From positions 1-33,078 of the forward strand of contig DXJV01000027.1 in assembly GCA_019056785.1 (NCBI GenBank): DNA of 33,078 nt, given 5' to 3'. The notes under the pieces were generated by a model. That model made no database searches. It saw only the letters and a list, made by a program, of their open reading frames with translations, and had not been told where the DNA came from. Within the stretch, counting starts at the first letter, position 1, and each line of letters starts with the position of its first letter. A program made the position numbers and the translations under genes. This DNA comes from Candidatus Heimdallarchaeota archaeon (GTDB taxonomy: Archaea > Asgardarchaeota > Heimdallarchaeia > JABLTI01). This document shows, one piece after another, positions 1-7,127 of this stretch.

Positions 1-1
1 T

Positions 2-32
2 AGAGTCCTTTTGATGATAAAAAAAGGACTCT
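2..32. terminator. perfect 11-bp inverted repeat (hairpin); probable terminator of an upstream gene or a regulatory site
   Basis: AGAGTCCTTTT (2-12) and AAAAGGACTCT (22-32) with a 9-nt loop; short T-tract at about 42-46. Confidence 0.5.
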
Positions 33-118
33 CCAAACCTCTTTTTCAAATAAAATCATTTTAAAACCTTGAAAAAACTTATAAGGAACTACTGACCTTT
101 TTTCCTAGTTGATTAACC

Positions 119-355
119 ATGAGCACTAAAAAGACAGAAAAACAACTACCTTTAGCACCTATAGAAAAGATGATGAAAGAAACAACAAACATGCGTATTA
201 GCTTGAGTGGTTCCGAGATGATGCGGGAACTCTTAAGTGAATTCCTCCGTGAAGTGGCAAAATATGCTGCTGACCTGGCCGAGTTTGCGGGAAGGATTAC
301 AATTAAAGATCGAGATGTTCTTCTTGCATACAAAAAAATTCGCGGGAAACAATGA
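119..355 (+). CDS. archaeal histone (HMf/HTk family), variant with a short Lys-containing N-terminal extension
   Basis: Ungapped match to HMfB: LPLAPIEK..K, R-I-S, LAEFAGRITIKDRDVLLA versus LARHAGRKTIKAEDIELA. Confidence 0.93.
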   Translation: MSTKKTEKQLPLAPIEKMMKETTNMRISLSGSEMMRELLSEFLREVAKYAADLAEFAGRITIKDRDVLLAYKKIRGKQ

Positions 356-425
356 GCCACACTTTTCTTTTTCATCAGCTTTTGTAAGGATACGAATTTT
401 TTTATAGCACTGAAAGAAAAGCGAC

Positions 426-437
426 TAATATATATAG
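426..437 (+). promoter_or_regulatory. putative TATA box for the 467 ORF
   Basis: TAATATATATAG about 30-40 nt upstream of the ATG at 467, preceded by purine-rich GAAAGAAAAGCG (BRE-like). Confidence 0.35.
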
Positions 438-466
438 CAAAACGATTGTAACGAAAGGAATTGTAA

Positions 467-2083
467 ATGACTCGAGAGATCACTTATGAAGATTTAGTGC
501 GAATTTTTGGCCCCGATTTCATTCCCGCGGAAATCGATAGAAAGATCCTAATGAAACACTTCAATATTGTTGTTAACCGCATTATTGGAAAACGAACTGT
601 TGAAAAAATCAAAGAAGCATTGTTATTAGCAATAGAAACAGCGAAAACCGAACAACAAAGAGAAAGAGGGAAGGTGCTTGACTCGCCGGTTGACCGATTA
701 AGCCCCACAATAAGTGTCAAACCAATAACGTTTTCTAAACAGCAAGAAGCTGCTGTGAGGAAAGAGCCCGAGAGCAAGGGAAAAGAGAAAGAGGATAAAT
801 ATGGTTTAAACTCCATTCGAAAGGGATTAGTAACTCAGCGACTAGCTAAGAGTGCCATTAAAGAAAGAGAGGAGAAAAAGCCTTCATTCGAGAAGAAGAG
901 CACCCCCCAAAAGAGTTTGGCGGTGGAAAAAGAATCAGCCTTACCATCTGTAGAAGAGCTTACTGTTCTATCCGGAGGGCGACTATCCCGAGACACCATT
1001 GCAAGTTCAGAGCATTCCAAAGTTAAAAGAGAAGTTGCCATACGAGAGTATAAAGCGGTAGATGAAAGTAGAAGTGTTCGATGGGGGAAAGAAAGCGTTG
1101 TAAATGGCAAGGGGCAATTGCAAGAAATAAATCAACCGGCATATATCTTCCATTCTGATCTCTGGCAGCTTGAGCGTGCTCGCGAACCAAATCCTGCCCT
1201 ACAATGTGGCATTCTTTCACATGTAATTTTAGATATGGTTGCCAACAACATTAATGTGGTAATGCTTGAGGAGGAGAGTGAACCCTTCTTTGTTGTTGAG
1301 GGGCAAGGTCTCCTTTACTCCAAGGACACTTTAAAGGACAAAGTGAAAATTCAAGAGATCATTCATCTCATGCTCATTTCTTGTGAGGCATGGCAAATTG
1401 CTTTAAAACGACCCGAAGCACTTCTAAAAGGGCGAGATGCTTATGGACATGAACGTTTGCACCAGATCGATATGACTAGTGTTATCCCCCTTACAGAGAT
1501 CCGACAAGAGATTGCGAAGCTTGATAGCGAATTTAAAAAACATTTTGATAAACCAGACACTATTATAACCAAAGCCTTTCGGATTCTTCAAAATCATCGA
1601 AAAAACATCATTTGGACCTGTGGTGCACCGATTATTGGCAATCTTCGCATGGCAATGAAAGAACATCGAAGAGCACTGCAAAAAGATGACTATTCAGTGA
1701 ATATCGTTGTAGTGGGAACAAAAGAAGCACTTCATCCAGTCCAAGTGAAATATAACCTCTCAGGAGATTTAACGATTAATGAATTATATCCCGGCTATTG
1801 CAAAAGGCATTCAATTCTCACTAAAAAAATGCTTCGCAATATTTTTGGGAGCATTCCAGTTATCTATGGTAGTAAGAATAATTCAGAAGATGACCTGCCA
1901 AAAATTGCTCATGCAGTCCGTCAGAGAGTCGCTTATAGCGCTCAGGAGAATCTCTTTGACCCCAGTTATATTCGAGGAAACCCCAGTGATGTGGTACCTA
2001 TAAGTAAGCTGGACATTATTCTACCACCGAAAGATGTTGAAATTGAGAGAAAATTAGAACGAGCGGGTTTCATATTGGACTAA
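467..2083 (+). CDS. hypothetical protein (small N-terminal domain, K/E/S-rich linker, about 320-aa globular C-terminal domain)
   Basis: 538-aa ORF with genome-typical composition; no motif recognised. Confidence 0.75.
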   Translation: MTREITYEDLVRIFGPDFIPAEIDRKILMKHFNIVVNRIIGKRTVEKIKEALLLAIETAKTEQQRERGKVLDSPVDRLSPTISVKPITFSKQQEAAVRKEPESKGKEKEDKYGLNSIRKGLVTQRLAKSAIKEREEKKPSFEKKSTPQKSLAVEKESALPSVEELTVLSGGRLSRDTIASSEHSKVKREVAIREYKAVDESRSVRWGKESVVNGKGQLQEINQPAYIFHSDLWQLERAREPNPALQCGILSHVILDMVANNINVVMLEEESEPFFVVEGQGLLYSKDTLKDKVKIQEIIHLMLISCEAWQIALKRPEALLKGRDAYGHERLHQIDMTSVIPLTEIRQEIAKLDSEFKKHFDKPDTIITKAFRILQNHRKNIIWTCGAPIIGNLRMAMKEHRRALQKDDYSVNIVVVGTKEALHPVQVKYNLSGDLTINELYPGYCKRHSILTKKMLRNIFGSIPVIYGSKNNSEDDLPKIAHAVRQRVAYSAQENLFDPSYIRGNPSDVVPISKLDIILPPKDVEIERKLERAGFILD

Positions 2084-2132
2084 AATTTAATGAAAGAGCT
2101 TTTGTATTGGAGAAAGCCAGAGGAACATCCTC

Positions 2133-3491
2133 ATGAAAAAAGTGCTGCATATTGGTATCGATGACACAGATTCGCTAAAAGGCTCTTGTACAACACATCT
2201 TGCTACAACAATTGTTACTGAAATAGCTGGATATGTTTCTTTTCTCGACCTTCCCAATCTGATCAGATTAAACCCCAACATCCCCTATAAAACTCGAGGA
2301 AACGGCGCAGTGGCAATCCGTATAATTGGCGAACAAAAGGATTTACAAGAATGTAAAGAAATAACAATTAAAACAACTGAAAAACTGGCACGATTTGAAG
2401 ATGAAAATACCAACCCAGGAATTGCTTTTTTAATGGGGGAAATTTCTGGCAAGCTCAAAGCTTTTTCCAAACAAGCGTTATGGGATGTCTTAAGTATAGC
2501 ACAAGCAGAAATGTTTCAAGAAAATGCAAAGATCGACCTTCTAAAATATGGAAATGGCCGGGGGATTATTGGCGCATTAGCAGCCATTGGAAACCTTTTG
2601 GAGGAGGATTTTACTTACGAACATCTGAGTTATCGGCATCCTAAAAATTATGGGACAAAGAGAGCCATTGATGAGCAGAGTGTATATAAGGCAGATAAAG
2701 CAACGCCCCTAACGTTTAATAACATCGATTATGAGTACAACTCTGTTTTAATCACCCCTCGCGGTGCAGACCCGGTTTTTAGCGGCATTCGTGGCGAAAC
2801 AGTGAAAGAAGTTCTTGCTGCTTGGGAACTTCTTGAGCCGTTAGAACCTATTGTTATGCAAATGGTTTTTAGAACAAACCAACACACCAATCAGCACTTG
2901 TTCAAACGATTTAAGATAAATCAGTTAAAGGCACATCAAGCAATCATTACCTCAGGTGTTGTATCGAGAAAGCCACGGTACATTCCAGGAAGGCACCTCA
3001 TTTTTTCGCTAAAAGATGAAACAGGGGAGATAGATTGTGCAGCTTATGAGCCCACCAAACGCTTTCGGAATATCATGAATCAACTATTAGTTGGTGATGA
3101 ACTCGAGGTTTCTGGTGGAGTGCGACCGACCGCTGACAAACATCCTCTGACAATCAATCTCGAGAGAGTAAGAATCATAAAATTGATTGAAGATTTTAAA
3201 AAGGAAAATCCTTTTTGTGATCAATGTGGAGCAAGATTAAAGTCAGCTGGAAAAAATAAAGGGTTTAAATGTTTTAAATGTTCGGCAGTTTATCGCAATA
3301 AAAAAGTCATCCAAACAGAGCGCCCCAGAAAGATAACTATAGGTGAATATATTCCACCGGCAATTGCTCATAGACACTTAACTAAACCGCAAGTGCGAAT
3401 GGGAAGAGACAATACAGGAACACAATTGAGCGAGCGGGAAACTAATGCTTTATTAGCCAAACTGATAGAGTTTAATAGAGCAAATAATTAA
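2133..3491 (+). CDS. tiaS: tRNA(Ile2) agmatinylcytidine synthetase
   Basis: HIGIDDTDS..G.CTTH, LIRLNPNIPYKTRGNGA, GRGIIGALAA, TNQHT, AAYEPTK, CxxC...CxxC zinc ribbon, RHLTKP; SD GAGG upstream. Confidence 0.97.
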   Translation: MKKVLHIGIDDTDSLKGSCTTHLATTIVTEIAGYVSFLDLPNLIRLNPNIPYKTRGNGAVAIRIIGEQKDLQECKEITIKTTEKLARFEDENTNPGIAFLMGEISGKLKAFSKQALWDVLSIAQAEMFQENAKIDLLKYGNGRGIIGALAAIGNLLEEDFTYEHLSYRHPKNYGTKRAIDEQSVYKADKATPLTFNNIDYEYNSVLITPRGADPVFSGIRGETVKEVLAAWELLEPLEPIVMQMVFRTNQHTNQHLFKRFKINQLKAHQAIITSGVVSRKPRYIPGRHLIFSLKDETGEIDCAAYEPTKRFRNIMNQLLVGDELEVSGGVRPTADKHPLTINLERVRIIKLIEDFKKENPFCDQCGARLKSAGKNKGFKCFKCSAVYRNKKVIQTERPRKITIGEYIPPAIAHRHLTKPQVRMGRDNTGTQLSERETNALLAKLIEFNRANN

Positions 3492-3603
3492 AAAACGCTA
3501 GCCGAGTAATTTTCTGGCTTCACTTATTTTAACACAAAGTTTTTAATGCCTTTCAAGTGAAAGTCTCATAGAAAAACAGCACTCTATTGGAGGATAAAAA
3601 CGA

Positions 3604-4044
3604 ATGATAACAATCGATGAATATGAATTTGACGAGACTCTGTATTATTTTACCGGTGGTGACGGGCATATTTGGTTGAAAAAACTTGAAGACGGCAATG
3701 TCCTTGTCGGTTTTGATGATTTTGGACAAAAACTCGCAGGTAAGATTCTGTTTGTTCGAACTATTCCCGCTGGAAAAACACGCCCAAAAGGAAAGAGTCT
3801 TGGAACCATTGAAACAGGAAAGTATGTTGGTGCACTTCGTTGCCCCGTAACTGGAACGATTGTCGAGATCAATCCGAAATTAAAAGAGAATCCGAGTATA
3901 ATAAATGAAGACCCTTACAATGAAGGATGGATTGCTAAAATCAAACCAGACAATTTAGAAGAGGAATTGAAAACAGATTTCGTCTATGGGGAAGAAGCAC
4001 TGCGGGAATGGATCGCAAAAGAAATCGCAGAACATAAGAAATAA
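3604..4044 (+). CDS. gcvH: glycine cleavage H / lipoate-binding (LbpA-like) protein
   Basis: HIW, VGFDDFGQKLAGKI, lipoyl-Lys motif IETGKYVG, PVTGTIVEIN, INEDPYNEGWI; SD GGAGG. Confidence 0.9.
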   Translation: MITIDEYEFDETLYYFTGGDGHIWLKKLEDGNVLVGFDDFGQKLAGKILFVRTIPAGKTRPKGKSLGTIETGKYVGALRCPVTGTIVEINPKLKENPSIINEDPYNEGWIAKIKPDNLEEELKTDFVYGEEALREWIAKEIAEHKK

Positions 4045-4145
4045 TTTTTTTTAGCAAAAGGAATGCTCCTTCGTTTATTCTTTTTCTTTTTAACAACTAA
4101 GATGGATAATTGGTTTTTCTCACTAAAAGAAAGGCGAAAAATCCC

Positions 4146-4364
4146 TCAACCGCCGGCAACAATTTGGGTAATAATTACTTCATCATCCTTTGTTACAAGC
4201 TGATCCTTTGATGCCGCTCGTTCGTTAATGATTATAGCAATAAGATTAGTGGGGACATTACTAAAATCGATAAGTTCACTCAATTTTTTCTCCCCTTCAA
4301 ATTGAAATTCTTTTTCCTTAAATCCTAAAAGTTTCTCAGCAAAACCAATAGCTCGTACTTTCAT
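4146..4364 (-). CDS. ThiS/MoaD/SAMP ubiquitin-like sulfur carrier
   Basis: 72 aa, beta-grasp pattern AIIIN...DDEVII, C-terminal VAGG di-glycine. Confidence 0.9.
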   Translation of the reverse strand: MKVRAIGFAEKLLGFKEKEFQFEGEKKLSELIDFSNVPTNLIAIIINERAASKDQLVTKDDEVIITQIVAGG

Positions 4365-4520
4365 CTTACGTCATTCTTTTTTGAGGAGTGCGAGCAATTA
4401 AAGATTCTGATTTGTAAAATGAAAGACAATATATCAACCGAAGAAATGCTCTAATAAGGGTACTAAGGAAAATTAAAAAAGAAGAAAAGAAAAACATCTC
4501 CAAAGGAGTAAACAGTAAAA

Positions 4521-5357
4521 ATGGCTGCGAATTATCAACGCGATTTCTTAAGAAAGTATGAAAAAGCCAAAGAAGAAAAAAATTCGATCCTTTGCGCAGG
4601 TTTTGACCCGGCAATCCCTGGACAACGGAAAGAGAATGTTGTTCCAGCAAAATTTCTCGAAAAGAAAACGCTGGAAGAGGGCATTCTTAGTTTCTTTGAA
4701 GAATTTCTCGAACGGGTGCAAGACTACTGTTGCGCAATAAAGCCAAACAATCAATATCTGTTCTATTTAAGTTTAAATGCTTATCAAAAATTGAATAGAA
4801 AAATCCATGACTATGGATTGGTCTCTATTCTCGACCAAAAAATAGGCGATATAGGTTCAACAAATGATGCGGGGTTTTATTGGATGAAAAAGATGGGATT
4901 CGATGCTGTCACTCACTCGCCTTTTGCAGGCAATATTAAGGAGAGTATCACCGCTGCCCATGCTGCAGGCTTGGGATTAATCACGCTTACTTTAATGTCC
5001 AATCCAGATGCCATCTATTTCATGAAAGAAGCCACACTCGAAGGGTTAAAGGGGTATGAATTCATTGCCAAGAAAGTTGGGGAATACCAAGGCGATGGTG
5101 TGGTTGTTGGAGCAACAGGACATGTCACAAAAGAGGACATTAGTACTATCAGGAAACTCGCCGGAGATGAAACTATAATGCTAGTCCCGGGAATTGGAAA
5201 ACAACAAGGTGACCTCGAAAAAATCATCAATTTTGGGGGGACAAACATCCTTCTAAATGTTAGTAGAGCGATCATGTATGCCAAGGATATTGGAAAGGCT
5301 GCAGAAACATATAACCAGAAATTCAATGAAGTTCGAAAAAGAAAGAAAGAAAAGTAA
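4521..5357 (+). CDS. pyrF: orotidine-5'-phosphate decarboxylase (type 2)
   Basis: LCAGFDP, AIKPN, catalytic DxKxxDIxxT (DQKIGDIGST), MSNP, VVGAT, PGIGKQ, NVSRAI; SD AGGAG. Confidence 0.95.
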   Translation: MAANYQRDFLRKYEKAKEEKNSILCAGFDPAIPGQRKENVVPAKFLEKKTLEEGILSFFEEFLERVQDYCCAIKPNNQYLFYLSLNAYQKLNRKIHDYGLVSILDQKIGDIGSTNDAGFYWMKKMGFDAVTHSPFAGNIKESITAAHAAGLGLITLTLMSNPDAIYFMKEATLEGLKGYEFIAKKVGEYQGDGVVVGATGHVTKEDISTIRKLAGDETIMLVPGIGKQQGDLEKIINFGGTNILLNVSRAIMYAKDIGKAAETYNQKFNEVRKRKKEK

Positions 5358-5368
5358 ACAGAAATTGC

Positions 5369-6934
5369 TTAATCTTTTCTAATTGTTTTTCGATAAAGAG
5401 CAACATGAGAAAATGGCAATGCAATTAAACGACTATTTCTTGCCGCGAGTTTTGGAGCAATTTCTGCAGTGTATTTTTTATCATTGACTTGTATTGTTAT
5501 TGGATTTGGTTGCCGCGCCAAGGTACCGGACATAACAAAGGAAATGCTAAAATCGCCTGAAAGAGACCATTGCATTTTTGAGGTATTTTCTGGTTTTCGT
5601 TCAGAAGGATAGAATTCACTTGCACTTAATCCTGGTTCAATTTCATTTAAAAGCAAGCAAGGAACAGGTGTTGAAACTTCTATCGTACAAATATAGAGAT
5701 TCTCCTGGGGTGTCGCTTCGAGAATTTTAGTTGCTAAAATTGTCTCATCCTCTACAGGAACTTCCAAATTTACTTTCCAGAGAAGAGGAGCAGGTTCAAC
5801 AAAGTATCTTCGCAGGATTTTTGTGCCTGTCTCTACATTAGTGAAAACCTGCTGAAGATTATAACCGTAATCTTGGCCGAAATCGATGAGCTCAACATCC
5901 TCAGGCAAAGAGCTTTCAACAACCTTAAGCTCATTCGGTATCAAATCACGAATAATCAGTTCGTCGAGTGTGACTGGCAAAAGATTGATGACTTCTGAAA
6001 CAGAATATTGAACTACTTTTCCTTCAGCATCTTCCTCTTCTAAAATCGAGTTATAATCCTGAACAATTCGAATTTCTTCTCCTTTGCGGATCATAATTGT
6101 ACGGGGGATTCTCTTTTCAAAAGAATAAAGTATTTTTATTTCGGTCCCAGCTGGGACTGTAGAAATTGTCCAAGAGATTTTCAAGCCATTCTCTAATAAT
6201 TCCTTCTTATACGGGATGTTTTCCGTGCCTGTTATTTTGGCATCCACCAATTTATAGCAAAAAGGAATAATGTCAGTAATGAGAACATTTGTCAAGTCCG
6301 ACTGACTCTCATTCATAAAAGAAGCCACCAAAGCATGTTTTAAGACTTGCTCTGCAGGAAGGATTTCCAAGGCAAGTTTGTCTTTATGGATAGCTCCTCC
6401 TGAATTGGTATATTGAATTGAGCGCGTGACTTTTGTACAAAAGGGTGATTGATGCTCTTCTAAAAGACCATAAAGTTCCTCCTCACTCAACAAATGATCC
6501 GATTTTAAAGCGATTAAGTTTGCTACGACATCACTTTCAATAGACACCAAATCCGATGCTTCGACTTCTTCTATTGTCACACGAGAAATTTTTACAAGTG
6601 CTTGAGAAGCCTGCTTTATCAATTGATAAGCTGTTTCTTCATCAATTTTGATGCCAACTTTGGCGAGATATTCTGCAAACCAAACAGAAAGCCGGCGGTC
6701 GTTGATAGGCAAATTCGTTCGGTTTTGTATGAATAATTTAAGATTCTTAGCGATAGTAAACAGCGAGCGAGCCTTTTGTCGCATAATTTGTTCATTATTT
6801 TCATCATATACTCGGACTACTGCTTCGAGTTGGTTAAAATCATCAAGATTGGCAATCGGGGTGATTGACAATGAGATACTTGCAATTCCCGGGAATTTGA
6901 CAATTTCTGCTTCTTCCTCGTTCTTTTGACTCAT
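5369..6934 (-). CDS. hypothetical cytoplasmic protein with tandem Ig-like (DUF11-like) beta-sandwich repeats
   Basis: Internal repeat TNVLITDIIP...WTISTVPAG..I.Y and DELIIRDLIP...FTNVETG...Y; no signal peptide or TM segment. ATG 6934 preferred (SD AGGTG); GTG 6943 is an alternative start. Confidence 0.7.
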   Translation of the reverse strand: MSQKNEEEAEIVKFPGIASISLSITPIANLDDFNQLEAVVRVYDENNEQIMRQKARSLFTIAKNLKLFIQNRTNLPINDRRLSVWFAEYLAKVGIKIDEETAYQLIKQASQALVKISRVTIEEVEASDLVSIESDVVANLIALKSDHLLSEEELYGLLEEHQSPFCTKVTRSIQYTNSGGAIHKDKLALEILPAEQVLKHALVASFMNESQSDLTNVLITDIIPFCYKLVDAKITGTENIPYKKELLENGLKISWTISTVPAGTEIKILYSFEKRIPRTIMIRKGEEIRIVQDYNSILEEEDAEGKVVQYSVSEVINLLPVTLDELIIRDLIPNELKVVESSLPEDVELIDFGQDYGYNLQQVFTNVETGTKILRRYFVEPAPLLWKVNLEVPVEDETILATKILEATPQENLYICTIEVSTPVPCLLLNEIEPGLSASEFYPSERKPENTSKMQWSLSGDFSISFVMSGTLARQPNPITIQVNDKKYTAEIAPKLAARNSRLIALPFSHVALYRKTIRKD

Positions 6935-7127
6935 TCTAGACACCTTTTTACTCTTTTACACTATCAGATACCTTTTATATTAAATTTAGTCTTGGGACAA
7001 ATATAGAAGTTTTTTTAGCAAGAAAAGTTACTTTTTTTATCGCTAAGTAGCTTTTCAATTTCAATAGATTAATTTATTAGACTTTACAATTATTATCAAT
7101 TAAAATAATAAAGAATTCGCAGATGGA

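Noticed and set aside
421-450. ModE-box-like CG..TATATA..CGAT sequence
   Set aside because: It lacks the two spaced TATATA half-sites, no molybdate genes are adjacent, and a TATA box explains it better.
4366-4650. 94-aa ORF directly upstream of the ThiS-like gene
   Set aside because: It overlaps pyrF antisense and its composition reflects the AT-rich divergent promoter.
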